Below, piece after piece: positions 36,328 to 45,851 of a stretch of DNA of 64,000 bases (the stretch's first letter is position 1; each line of letters starts with the position of its first letter). A program made the translations under genes and the position numbers. A model generated the notes under the pieces. The model searched no databases, was not told the origin of the DNA, and was given only the letters and a program-made list of their open reading frames with translations. Source of the stretch: Candidatus Caldisaccharidevorator sinensis (GTDB lineage Bacteria; Armatimonadota; Fervidibacteria; Fervidibacterales; Fervidibacteraceae); assembly GCA_032161505.1 (NCBI GenBank), contig JAVKTG010000002.1, one strand, 5' to 3'.

Positions 36328-37911
36328 ATGAAGGTCGAAAGGGGACGACCAAAGGTGAAGAGAGCCCTATTGAGCGTGTGGGACAAGACCGGTATTGTAG
36401 AACTGGCAAAAGGGCTGAGGAACCTCGGATTTGAGATAGTCAGCACCGGCGGGACGGAGAAGGTTCTCCGGCAGTCAGGATTAGAGGTCTTGAGCATCGG
36501 TCAAGTCACGGGCTTCCCTGAAGTCCTCGGTGGAAGGGTCAAAACGATTCATCCGGCAGTTGCTGCTGGTCTTCTGGCGAGAAGATCGGTAGCCTCCGAT
36601 ATGGAGGATCTGTGCCAGTTGAAAGTCAACCCAATCGACCTAATAGCGGTCAACCTATATCCCTTCGCTCAGGTGGCTTTCAGCGGGGCGGCGGAGGAGG
36701 AGGTGCTCGAAAACGTCGACATCGGCGGGGTGACGCTGCTCCGTGCAGCGGCAAAGAACTATCGGGATGTGATCGTCCTTTGTGATCCCGCCGATTATTC
36801 ATCCGTCGTCGACCGTTTGAGAGAGGGCGACGTCAGCATCGCGGAGAGACGCCGCCTGGCAATGAAAGCATTCCATCACACGGCATTTTATGACTCCTTG
36901 ATCAGTTACTATTTCCGGGAAACGGAGGGTGAGACTTTTCCTGAATGTCTGACCCTAACCGGGCTGAGAATTCAGCAATTGAGGTACGGCGAAAACCCCC
37001 ATCAATCGGCTGCCTTCTACCGTTTTCCCTGGTCACAAGTTCCGTCAGTCGCCACGGCAACCCTTCTGCACGGGAGGGAACTTTCTTACAACAATATCGC
37101 CGACTTAGATGCCGCCCTAAATCTGGTCCGTGAGTTCTACGAACCAGCCGCCTGCATCATCAAACATACCAACCCGTGCGGATGTGCTATCGGGTTCACC
37201 CTTGCCGAAGCCTTTGCAAAAGCCAGAGACGCCGATCCTGAGGCACGATTCGGTGGGATCATCGGCGTCAATCGCCCGGTGGATGAGGAGACCGCCCGTG
37301 AGATCCTCGTCCCCGGCAGTTTTTACGAAGCCATCATCGCGCCGGACTACGCCCCCTCGGCTCTGGAAAAGATGAAAGCCCGGAAGGGATGGGGGGAAAC
37401 GATTCGGATTGTCAGCCTGAACAGAGGCGATCATCCTTTGTCGCCGGCATCCTGCGCTGTTGAACCGGTCTTCAAGTCGGTCGCCGGCGGTCTATTGGTG
37501 CAGACGCCGGACATCAATTCTGATGGCGACTGGTCAGTGGTGACCGAGCGCGCCCCTACGGAGGAAGAGGAGAGAGACCTCAGGTTCGCTTGGAAGGTCG
37601 CTAAATGGGTAAAGAGTAACGCCGTCGTCCTTGCAAAAAATGGGGTGACCGTCGGCATCGGCGCCGGTCAGATGAACCGGGCTATATCTGTAAAGATCGC
37701 CGTGGAACTGGCTCAGGAGCGCGCCCGAGGGAGTGTGGGTGCCAGCGACGCTTTTTTTCCGATGCCCGACGGCCCGGAAATCGCTGCGAGGGCAGGCGTC
37801 ACTGCCATCATTCAGCCCGGCGGCAGCAAGCGGGACCCGGATGTCATAGCGACCTGCAACAAATACGGTCTGGCAATGGTCTTCACGAAAAGGCGGCACT
37901 TTAGACATTAG
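36328..37911 (+). CDS. purH: Bifunctional AICAR formyltransferase / IMP cyclohydrolase
   Basis: KRALLSVWDKTGIVELAKGL...STGGT (MGS-like IMPCH domain) plus a C-terminal AICARFT domain; 527 aa. Confidence 0.9.
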   Translation: MKVERGRPKVKRALLSVWDKTGIVELAKGLRNLGFEIVSTGGTEKVLRQSGLEVLSIGQVTGFPEVLGGRVKTIHPAVAAGLLARRSVASDMEDLCQLKVNPIDLIAVNLYPFAQVAFSGAAEEEVLENVDIGGVTLLRAAAKNYRDVIVLCDPADYSSVVDRLREGDVSIAERRRLAMKAFHHTAFYDSLISYYFRETEGETFPECLTLTGLRIQQLRYGENPHQSAAFYRFPWSQVPSVATATLLHGRELSYNNIADLDAALNLVREFYEPAACIIKHTNPCGCAIGFTLAEAFAKARDADPEARFGGIIGVNRPVDEETAREILVPGSFYEAIIAPDYAPSALEKMKARKGWGETIRIVSLNRGDHPLSPASCAVEPVFKSVAGGLLVQTPDINSDGDWSVVTERAPTEEEERDLRFAWKVAKWVKSNAVVLAKNGVTVGIGAGQMNRAISVKIAVELAQERARGSVGASDAFFPMPDGPEIAARAGVTAIIQPGGSKRDPDVIATCNKYGLAMVFTKRRHFRH

Positions 37912-37963
37912 GGTACGCCTCTTCCCTTCCGCTATTGGTGCGGCGGTGCAGCCCTTCTCTGGA

Positions 37964-37994
37964 CCGACCAGCCTGTCGGTTTTTATATTATTTG
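37964..37994 (+). terminator. Intrinsic terminator of purH
   Basis: ACCGAC-CAGCCT-GTCGGT (6-bp GC-rich stem) followed by TTTTTATATTATTT, 53 nt after the purH stop. Confidence 0.6.
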
Positions 37995-38205
37995 GGAAGT
38001 TTGTCTTCGCCGTAGGCGATCCTCAGAGGGTCCATCCGATAGAGTCCCGGCTTCAGTCGTGGCAGAAATGCCGTCCGGCGGTAAACGACCGACCCGGATC
38101 CGGTGTCGATGACGGCGGGGACGGGCCCATGACTTTGGTGCTGCAGACCTGTTTCCGTCGCTTGGCGAGGGCCGCAAGGCTCGCACTGCACCAGGAAGAT
38201 GGCAA

Positions 38206-38323
<118 letters not shown>

Positions 38324-38354
38324 TTGCCGTCCTGTGGTCTCCCGTTCCACCAGG

Positions 38355-38383
38355 ATTTTAGCGCAGGGTCACCGATCGGTCAA
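38355..38383 (-). promoter_or_regulatory. sigma70-type promoter for the 5S rRNA
   Basis: Minus strand TTGACC, 17 nt, TAAAAT. The -35 overlaps the stop codon of the upstream leuD-like gene. The predicted TSS is about 20 nt before the 5S 5' end. Confidence 0.55.
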
Positions 38384-38913
38384 GAGTCCGAACGGATAGC
38401 CCGAGACAAGCGCCCTTCGGCTAACTGGGCTTTGAGGAAGGGGATCAGTCCCCCCGCTTCAAGAATCTTTCTCATAAATTCAGGGATCGGGCTGGCGTGA
38501 AAGGTTTGGTTCGTTGTCAAGTTAACGATGGTGCCGGTAGCGATATCCACTTCTAATTCATCGCCGCTCAAGATCCCGTCGACAGCCTCGCAGCACTCCA
38601 GGGCAGCGAGACCGATGTTGAAACAGTTTCTGTAAAAGATCCTGCTAAACGATTTAGCGATGACGCAGGCAATGCCCAGACCCTTGATGGAAAGGGGAGC
38701 GTGCTCCCGAGACGACCCGCAGCCGAAGTTGTAGCCGGCGACGATGAAGTCTCCCGGTTGCGCCCGTTTGGGAAAGTCCGGGTCGATCGCTTCCATACAG
38801 TGCTGAGCCAGTTCCTGGGGATCGGTCGTCACCAGGTATCGGGCGGGAATGATGACATCGGTATTGATGTCGTCACCGAACTTGTGAGCCTTTCCTGTGA
38901 AGCGTCGGTCCAT
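38380..38913 (-). CDS. leuD: 3-isopropylmalate dehydratase small subunit-like protein (LeuD type 2 / aconitase swivel domain)
   Basis: MDRRFTGKAHKFGDDINTDVIIPARYL and GSSREHAP are LeuD/aconitase-C signatures. A GGAGTGA RBS precedes it, and the start is 10 nt after the gltB stop. The ORF-track start at 39165 overlaps gltB and is rejected. Confidence 0.75.
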   Translation of the reverse strand: MDRRFTGKAHKFGDDINTDVIIPARYLVTTDPQELAQHCMEAIDPDFPKRAQPGDFIVAGYNFGCGSSREHAPLSIKGLGIACVIAKSFSRIFYRNCFNIGLAALECCEAVDGILSGDELEVDIATGTIVNLTTNQTFHASPIPEFMRKILEAGGLIPFLKAQLAEGRLSRAIRSDS

Positions 38914-38923
38914 CGTCGATAGG

Positions 38924-41900
38924 TCACTCCGTTGAAACGGTCTGGTCCGCCTGTTGATGGACGGGAACGATTTTGACGAACCATCGGTCTGCCTCGTCAC
39001 TGAGTTTCCGGATTCGGTTCGCTTCCTGATATTGATCGGTTCTTTCCAGTTCCTCAGCGTAGGCGAGAAGGAGTTCCCGGATGCTCCGCGCATCTCCGTC
39101 GGTAACGGGAAGAATGCTGACCTTGGCGCTCTTGGCGATCCGGCGCTGCAAGGCTTTCTCGTCAAACCCTTTGTCCGGCGTCAGTTTGACGTAGATGACC
39201 CCGCCCGTCATCCCAGCACAGATCCAGGGACCGGGATCGCCAAGGACGACAGCCCGACCGGCAGTCATATATTCAAAGGCAAAGCCTTTCAACTGGGCAC
39301 GGGCGGCGATGTTGATCAGCCCCTGGCTATCGTCAATCGGCTCTTCAATTTCAGCACCGAAGACAACATCAACCCCTGACAATCGGATACACGCACGGCT
39401 GTCGGCGTATCCTTGGACGATGAAAAATCCTCTCTGGGCACCGTAGCCGAAACTCTTCCCGACGCCACCGTCTATCCGAACGCCGTCGTGAGTGACACCT
39501 TTGAGAACCAAGATGGTCCCGCCACAGGCACCCTTTCCGACCCCGTCCTGGGCTCCGCCTTCAACCCGGATGGTGATCTGGGGAATGTTGAAGGCTCCCA
39601 GACCGTTGCCGGCGATGGACTGCTGAAGGTGAATCCCCACCCGTTCCAGTTCCCTCAAGCGGGGTAGCGGCGCCGCCCAGGTCCCTCTCGGTGCCGGCAA
39701 TCCGATCACGGCTCTCATGATGACACCGGATAGGTGGGTACCGATAGCCCGATCGGAGGCACCTATCCTTCCGTCCTCGTATGTAATCCGCTTCCCGTTT
39801 CTCTCTACTTCCTCCAAAATCACTTGGCTGATCATGCGGGTGGTATAGCCCAGCGGTCGGTGCAGGCGCCGGTCCGTCGGCGACCCATCCGACCTCTCTG
39901 GAACTGGCTTGATTAAGTCGGACAGGTCGATCAAATCCCTTCCACGGGTTTGAACCAGCAAGTCGCTCTTTCCGACCAAATCCTGAAGCCGGTCGTAGCC
40001 CAACCGACCGGTCATCCGCTTCAGTTCGTCGCCCATTCCCGAGAAGAATCGGACGAGCCGGTGAACGCAGTCTTCAAACTCTCTCGGTTCAAACCTCCTC
40101 AGTCCCCTCCGGCGGGCTTCCTCCAGACTCTCAATTTGGGTGGCGATCCCGACGTGACAGGTGTCCAGTTGGCACCCGCGACAGATGGTACAGCCGATGG
40201 CGACCATAGCCAGGGACCCAAAGCCGACCCGATTGGCACCCAAAAGGACGGCTTTGAGGGCATCGGTCGCCGTCCTCATCCCGCCGTCCGCCCAAAGTTC
40301 CACCTGGCCCCTAATCCCCGCTTCCGTCAGCCCTCGGTGGGCTTCCTTGATCCCGATTTCTACAGGCAGACCGACATATTTGAGGGCGTGAACCCGGGCG
40401 GCACCGGTCCCGCCATCAAAGCCGGACAGGGTAATCACGTCGGCCCCCGCCTTGGCGATCCCGACGGCTATGACCCCAATGTTCGTAACGATCGGGACCT
40501 TGACAATGACCTTGGCTTTGGGATTAATCGTTTTCAGTTCGCTGATCAGTTGTGCCAGGTCCTCAATGCTGTAAAGGTCATGGTTGTTATTGGGCGAGAT
40601 CAGGTCTACTCCCGGGGTAGCGTAGCGAACGGACGCCACCTTCGGCGTCACCTTTCTCCCCGGCAGGTGCCCTCCCTCTCCCGGTTTAGCGCCCTGCCCG
40701 ATTTTGATTTCCAACCAGTAGGACGAGTTGCAATAGTAGGCGTTGACACCGAACCGCCCCGAGGCGACCTGCTGACCCCGATTGAACGGATACCGACCGA
40801 TCATATCCTTCAACTCGCCGCCCTCACCGGAGAGAGCCAGCATATTGAGCCGGTAAGCGGCTTCTGCGTAGACTCGATACGCCGTCTCCCCTTGAGAACC
40901 GAAGGACATAGAGGAAATGTGGAAGGGAAGGTCGTGTCCGCCGACGCCGATGTCTACTTTTTCGGGCGGAACCGCTGAACTCCACCTATCGGGAAACTGG
41001 ATATCCAAAAGGTGCCGCAAAGAAACGGGATGCTCCCGTTCAAGGGCTAACACCCGCTCTTCATAATCGCGGTAATCTGTTTCCCCCGCCGCTGCTCGGG
41101 ATGCTGCTTTCCAAACGCTGGGATAAAACCGGTAGTCGCGTCGGAGTCGGGCTGGTTGATTTGCAGGCTGTTTCAATACCCCCTGCAGGCGATCCCAGCG
41201 CCGACGGACCTCCCGGTCCCAATCGTTTAGCGTCAGTCCCCCCGAGGGGCTACCATAAAAGTTCGGACACTCGGTGATTCGGAAGATTTCCTCTGTCAAT
41301 CCGATGGAAGCGAAGTTTCTGCCGTATCCCCTCAGTTCATGGGTTCCCATCGTCGCAATAACCTTTTCCAGACCTTTGGTCAAGGCGGAGAGACAATGAA
41401 GGAGGCGGGCGGACCGCTCCCACTCGTCGGCGGTCACCGGCTCGCCTTTGCCACCACAGATCGCCACATCCCATATCAGGTAGGGGACGACGGCGTCGGC
41501 ACCGAGGCTGATGGCGAAGATAAGGTCATGAAGATTGCGCAAGGCACCCGACCTAAGGATCAGAGAGCACCGCCGGCGCAGATTTTTCTTGCACTTTAGT
41601 TCCTCTTCTTCAACAAAACGATCGCGGAGTCTCTGATCAACAGCCGCGAGAGCGAGATGGGGATCCAGAAGGAGCCGTCCCTCTTGAAACGCATCGGTGT
41701 CGTCCAACACGAGAAGGACGGCACCTCTGCGCACCGCCTCTTCGGCTTTTTCACACATCTGCAACAGCGCCTCTCGGATACTCCCTTCCGACGGATAAGA
41801 GAGAGACAGCCAAGCCGTTTTTTCCACTCCAAAGAAGGAGATGACTTGTTCCAAAGTGAAGGAGCCGGTTTCCCGGGCGATGCCTTCTGCATGAGAGGAG

Positions 41901-43702
41901 GAAAGAAGGCCTGCCGACTCAAGGTAACTGGCTTCTACCAGAAGGGGAGTGTCCAGGACGAGGATCGGATCCGCCCGACCGTTAGTCGGCAAGTCCAGCG
42001 GCGGGCGGGGTCCTAGGATGGTCTGGGTGTTGAAGTGCTCCGATTCTCGCTCCCTGTCCATAGACGGGTTGGTGACGACGGCGACGATCTCTTTGTAATA
42101 GTCGGACAAGTTGTGCCCTTCACGGGCGAGGACAGCGAGGGGTCCGTCATAACCGAGGGAGCCAATCGGTTCACTGCCGGAATCAGCGATGGCTTCAATG
42201 TATTCCTGTTCTTCGTTACCCCACCCAAAAGCGGACATGATGGGAGCCTTCAGCCATCTCTGCTCCGTTAGGTGATCAGCGACAGGGAGAGAGAGAGTCC
42301 TTGGGGGCGATAACGAATCGTGCCCTGGCGCCTCCTCGTCGAATCCCGCTGCCTCAGAGAAGGGACCAGAAGGGGGATCCTGTGGATAAGGGGCGGCGAA
42401 AACAGGCGCGCGAACCGGGACCGGGTGGTCCACTCCCAGCCGCCGACACCACATTTGACACAGGAGATGCTGGAGTTGATGATAGGGAATGACTTCAACG
42501 GTCTGGTCGGAGTGAAGCCGGAGGGCAATTTTTTCACCAGGTGCCAGGGGTTTGGGGTTCCGGACGAAAGTTTCAATTCCGAAGACGCCCCTCTCACTGG
42601 TGGCAAAGATCTCCCGCTCGGTCTCTCCGAACCATAGGGGTCGCAGACCCAGGGCGTCGACGCTGAAGATGCACTCGTTGGCGTATCGGGTGACAAGGGC
42701 AGCGGGACCTTGAGCGAAGGGTCCGAAAGCAGTGCGGATATGCTCGTAGAAGTGCGCCAGTTCCCTCGGGAGTCGTCGGACCTCGTCGGCAACGGGGGGA
42801 AAGAGGATCTCCATCGCTTCGGCGAGAGAAAAGCCGAACTGGACAATGAAGTGGTGAAGGACCCTGTCCAAATCTTGAGAGTCCGAACCGTCCCGGGGCA
42901 ACTGAACGCCCAGCAGGCGGGCTTCTCTTCGGAGTTTTTCAATGGTGTTGATCTCACCGTTATGACCCAAGAGAGCGAACGGCTGTGCCCGGTCGAAAGT
43001 GCTCCAGGTGTTGGTGGAATATCGGCAGTGACCGATGGTGACCCGGCTGGTGCAATCGGGATCGCCCAGTTCGGGGAAATAGAGGCTGATTCCCGTTGGA
43101 CTGCCGTACAGTTTGTAGACGACCACATATCGGCTCATGGAGACCGGCTGAAGGGGGGACTCCCGCTCGATCCTCATTTGAAGGTCAAAGATCGCCCGGT
43201 CCCAATCGGCGGGTCCGCCGGGTCCCTCAACGAGACCAGCGATCTGCCAAAAGTCCGGTTCCGTTCGCCGGGCGTTTCTCCCCAGAGCCTGGCTTCGGGT
43301 CTTTCCTCGTCGCTCCAACAGGATGCGCATCTGATGCGCCTCAAACAAACGCCTTAGGTATTGGAGCCAATATTGGTCGTCTTTCCTATGAGCCTGAGGA
43401 AGGAACAGATGGGAAAGGAAGAGGCGACCACTGTCAGCGAAGGCTGGTGAAACCCCAGCCAATCGGAAGAACTTTGCCCAGAGCATCCGGGGGATGTCGA
43501 TCATCAGACCGCAGCCGTCTCCCTCCCCGTCCACCGTCCCCGAACGGTGTCCCATCTTCTCCAGGGCGTCCAGGGTCCTCCGGATGCTCCCGTGGCTGGG
43601 TCCGCCCTTTCGGACGGTGCAAATGAGAGCACACGAGTCATATTCGTCGGTCATTGAAAAAGTTCTCTCTTTCTCTTCCTGTCTCAGGCTGCCCTCCACC
43701 AC
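38924..43702 (-). CDS. gltB: Glutamate synthase large subunit
   Basis: 1592 aa. N-terminal Ntn amidotransferase domain with a short propeptide before the Cys (..DSCALICTV..). Central domain, then the FMN-binding domain (GEGGE, KPGEGG..LPG.KV, ISPNNNHD) and the C-terminal GXGXG domain. No gltD small subunit lies adjacent. The start may be 43702 or the internal MTDEY at 43654. Confidence 0.9.
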   Translation of the reverse strand: MVEGSLRQEEKERTFSMTDEYDSCALICTVRKGGPSHGSIRRTLDALEKMGHRSGTVDGEGDGCGLMIDIPRMLWAKFFRLAGVSPAFADSGRLFLSHLFLPQAHRKDDQYWLQYLRRLFEAHQMRILLERRGKTRSQALGRNARRTEPDFWQIAGLVEGPGGPADWDRAIFDLQMRIERESPLQPVSMSRYVVVYKLYGSPTGISLYFPELGDPDCTSRVTIGHCRYSTNTWSTFDRAQPFALLGHNGEINTIEKLRREARLLGVQLPRDGSDSQDLDRVLHHFIVQFGFSLAEAMEILFPPVADEVRRLPRELAHFYEHIRTAFGPFAQGPAALVTRYANECIFSVDALGLRPLWFGETEREIFATSERGVFGIETFVRNPKPLAPGEKIALRLHSDQTVEVIPYHQLQHLLCQMWCRRLGVDHPVPVRAPVFAAPYPQDPPSGPFSEAAGFDEEAPGHDSLSPPRTLSLPVADHLTEQRWLKAPIMSAFGWGNEEQEYIEAIADSGSEPIGSLGYDGPLAVLAREGHNLSDYYKEIVAVVTNPSMDRERESEHFNTQTILGPRPPLDLPTNGRADPILVLDTPLLVEASYLESAGLLSSSHAEGIARETGSFTLEQVISFFGVEKTAWLSLSYPSEGSIREALLQMCEKAEEAVRRGAVLLVLDDTDAFQEGRLLLDPHLALAAVDQRLRDRFVEEEELKCKKNLRRRCSLILRSGALRNLHDLIFAISLGADAVVPYLIWDVAICGGKGEPVTADEWERSARLLHCLSALTKGLEKVIATMGTHELRGYGRNFASIGLTEEIFRITECPNFYGSPSGGLTLNDWDREVRRRWDRLQGVLKQPANQPARLRRDYRFYPSVWKAASRAAAGETDYRDYEERVLALEREHPVSLRHLLDIQFPDRWSSAVPPEKVDIGVGGHDLPFHISSMSFGSQGETAYRVYAEAAYRLNMLALSGEGGELKDMIGRYPFNRGQQVASGRFGVNAYYCNSSYWLEIKIGQGAKPGEGGHLPGRKVTPKVASVRYATPGVDLISPNNNHDLYSIEDLAQLISELKTINPKAKVIVKVPIVTNIGVIAVGIAKAGADVITLSGFDGGTGAARVHALKYVGLPVEIGIKEAHRGLTEAGIRGQVELWADGGMRTATDALKAVLLGANRVGFGSLAMVAIGCTICRGCQLDTCHVGIATQIESLEEARRRGLRRFEPREFEDCVHRLVRFFSGMGDELKRMTGRLGYDRLQDLVGKSDLLVQTRGRDLIDLSDLIKPVPERSDGSPTDRRLHRPLGYTTRMISQVILEEVERNGKRITYEDGRIGASDRAIGTHLSGVIMRAVIGLPAPRGTWAAPLPRLRELERVGIHLQQSIAGNGLGAFNIPQITIRVEGGAQDGVGKGACGGTILVLKGVTHDGVRIDGGVGKSFGYGAQRGFFIVQGYADSRACIRLSGVDVVFGAEIEEPIDDSQGLINIAARAQLKGFAFEYMTAGRAVVLGDPGPWICAGMTGGVIYVKLTPDKGFDEKALQRRIAKSAKVSILPVTDGDARSIRELLLAYAEELERTDQYQEANRIRKLSDEADRWFVKIVPVHQQADQTVSTE

Positions 43703-43789
43703 AGTCCCTCTTTTTTGAGGATTCCGGATGTGTTTAACGCCCTACAGTTTGGCACAAATTCCAAGTCCTGTTCTGAGGTCGGTCAAATG

Positions 43790-44899
43790 TCACCGACCGG
43801 TCCTTAACTCCTTCATCCCTCTCTCCAGAGCAGATAAGACGAAAAAAATGTCCGATTCGTCGACCCACCCCATATGGCTGATCCGGATGATTTTTCCCCT
43901 TAGGTGCTCTTGACCTCCCGCAACTTCAACGCGGAACTGGCGACGCAAAAGATCAACCAAGGAGGATGCCGAAAGGGAAGGCGGGACTTTGACTGCTGTC
44001 AGGGAGCAGGAGGCGTATTTAGGATCAGCAACTAGGGGCTCCAGACCCAATGCCTGACTGCCTTCCCGTAGCAGATCCCTGAGGTGACGATGGCGAAGGA
44101 AAACTCGTTCCAGACCCTCGTTAAAAATGGCGGTGAGCGCCGCATCCAGACCGAAGAGAAGGGAGAGGGTCGGGGTGTAGGGATTCTGATGGCGGCGTTG
44201 AAACTCACGGGCGGACCGGAAGTCCCAATAATATCGGGGCATCTGGGCTTTTTCAACAGCATCCCACGCCCATTCGCTAACAGCGACCAGAGCGACGCCA
44301 GGGGGCGTCATCAACGCCTTCTGAGAAGCGGCGGCGACCGCGTCAATGCGCCACTCCTTCATCGGCAGGGGCATCGCTGCCAGCCCACTGACGGCATCGA
44401 CCAGCAGCAGGCATCCCGCCTCCTTTACGATGGGAGCGATCTCCTCAATGGGGTTGACAACACCCGTTGAGGTTTCATTCATCGTGATGAGGACGGCTTT
44501 GAAAGGATGCGGAGGAGAAGAAAGGGCGTCCGCCACTTTTTCCCGTGTCGCTGCCTCACCCCACCCAATCCGCAGCCAGGTCACCTGTGCTCCGAACCGC
44601 TCGGCAATCTCACCCCATCGGTCACCAAAGAAACCGGTCGTGATCATAAGAACCCGATCGCCAGGACTCAAGAAGTTGACGACCAGGGCTTCAAGGGCGC
44701 CCGTACCCGATCCCGGAAAAACAAAAATATCTCCGTCGACCTCAAACAATCTCTTCAGTTTCTCCAATAAACTCGCGAAGAACTGTTCATAGGCCGGTCC
44801 CCGATGGTTGATCATCGGGCGCAGCATCGCCCGTTCCACAAACGGAGGGATCGGCGTCGGACCGGGCACTAACAAAAGTTCTTTCTCGCCGAACATCAT
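43790..44899 (-). CDS. Class V pyridoxal-phosphate aminotransferase (serine-pyruvate/alanine-glyoxylate or phosphoserine aminotransferase type)
   Basis: FPGSGTGALEALVVNFLSPGDRVL and a C-terminal RISHMGWVDESD are typical AGXT-like fold-type I features; 369 aa. Confidence 0.8.
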   Translation of the reverse strand: MMFGEKELLLVPGPTPIPPFVERAMLRPMINHRGPAYEQFFASLLEKLKRLFEVDGDIFVFPGSGTGALEALVVNFLSPGDRVLMITTGFFGDRWGEIAERFGAQVTWLRIGWGEAATREKVADALSSPPHPFKAVLITMNETSTGVVNPIEEIAPIVKEAGCLLLVDAVSGLAAMPLPMKEWRIDAVAAASQKALMTPPGVALVAVSEWAWDAVEKAQMPRYYWDFRSAREFQRRHQNPYTPTLSLLFGLDAALTAIFNEGLERVFLRHRHLRDLLREGSQALGLEPLVADPKYASCSLTAVKVPPSLSASSLVDLLRRQFRVEVAGGQEHLRGKIIRISHMGWVDESDIFFVLSALERGMKELRTGR

Positions 44900-44991
44900 C
44901 GTGATCGTGCTCCTTTCCGTTGATCACCTAAAGGATCGGTGACGCCAATATTTTGACCAAAGTAACGGTTTGAAATGAGGGAAAGGAGAGG

Positions 44992-45840
44992 ATGAGAGTG
45001 GGGATGAAGGTTCGACTGTCCTGTCAGCCTCTGACATGGAAGCGTTTTGAAGAGGCGCTCTCAGACATCGCCGAGATCGGATTTGACGGCATTGAGGTGC
45101 CCGTTGCATCGTACCGGGACCGCCTGCAAGAGGTTCGGTCGGCCCTCGATCAGTACCGACTGACGTGCTCAGCCACCTATGTGTCTGGATCCTTCTGGAA
45201 GGGATGGAACGAAGAAGCAGACCTGGCAGTCAAAGTGGCGGAAGCCCTGCCCCAATTGGGCTGCAGCATCCTGATTTTAGCCTCGTCGGGATACCAGCCG
45301 AGACCCGATCCGGCGCCGAAGCGACATTATCAGAGATTTTGCGAGACGGTCAATGAGATCGCCGCAAGGACGCAAACGTTTGGCGTGACGACAGTTTTCC
45401 ACAACCACGCCTGGACCCTGATTGAGTCACCAGAAGAAATTGATTTTTTGATGAAGAACACGGATCCGGACCTGGTGCGTGCCGGATTTGACACGGCTCA
45501 GTTAGCCTATGGCGGCGCTGACCCGGCGACGACTTTCCGAAAGTATCGGGATCGGATCGGTTACCTACACATCAAAGACTTAAACCCCTCCCTAGCAGGT
45601 CTGACTCTCAAACAGAGATACGAAGTCGGTCCGGTGAAGCATGTTTTCTGGGAACTGGGTCGGGGCGCCATCGGAGAGGCGGGTTTAGTGGCGGTCCTCG
45701 ACGTCTTAAGGGAAATAAACTATTCGGGTTGGATCGCCGCTGAATTGGACAGCACACCCCTGACGCCCCGCATCGGGAATGCCAACAACTATATGTGGCT
45801 GGTGGAACATTTGAAGCCCGGGGAACGCTCTTTAAGCTGA
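44992..45840 (+). CDS. Sugar phosphate isomerase/epimerase (xylose isomerase-like TIM barrel)
   Basis: EEALSDIAEIGFDGIEV and a later WELGRGAI..G are characteristic of AP endonuclease 2 / xylose-isomerase-like TIM barrels. Confidence 0.7.
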   Translation: MRVGMKVRLSCQPLTWKRFEEALSDIAEIGFDGIEVPVASYRDRLQEVRSALDQYRLTCSATYVSGSFWKGWNEEADLAVKVAEALPQLGCSILILASSGYQPRPDPAPKRHYQRFCETVNEIAARTQTFGVTTVFHNHAWTLIESPEEIDFLMKNTDPDLVRAGFDTAQLAYGGADPATTFRKYRDRIGYLHIKDLNPSLAGLTLKQRYEVGPVKHVFWELGRGAIGEAGLVAVLDVLREINYSGWIAAELDSTPLTPRIGNANNYMWLVEHLKPGERSLS

Positions 45841-45851
45841 GGTCGGATCTT

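Noticed and set aside
37995-38200. About 200 nt between the purH terminator and the 5S 3' end, scanned on both strands for a tRNA or second ncRNA
   Set aside because: No cloverleaf, T-loop (GTTCRA) or conserved ncRNA motif was found. The CCGGATCCGG palindrome and short hairpins there may contribute to 5S 3' processing or termination, but nothing definite can be called.
38914-39165. N-terminal extension of the leuD-like ORF (ORF-track start at 39165)
   Set aside because: It overlaps the 3' end of gltB for 240 nt. The conserved LeuD N-terminus MDRRFTGKAHKFGDDINTD begins at 38913 with its own RBS.
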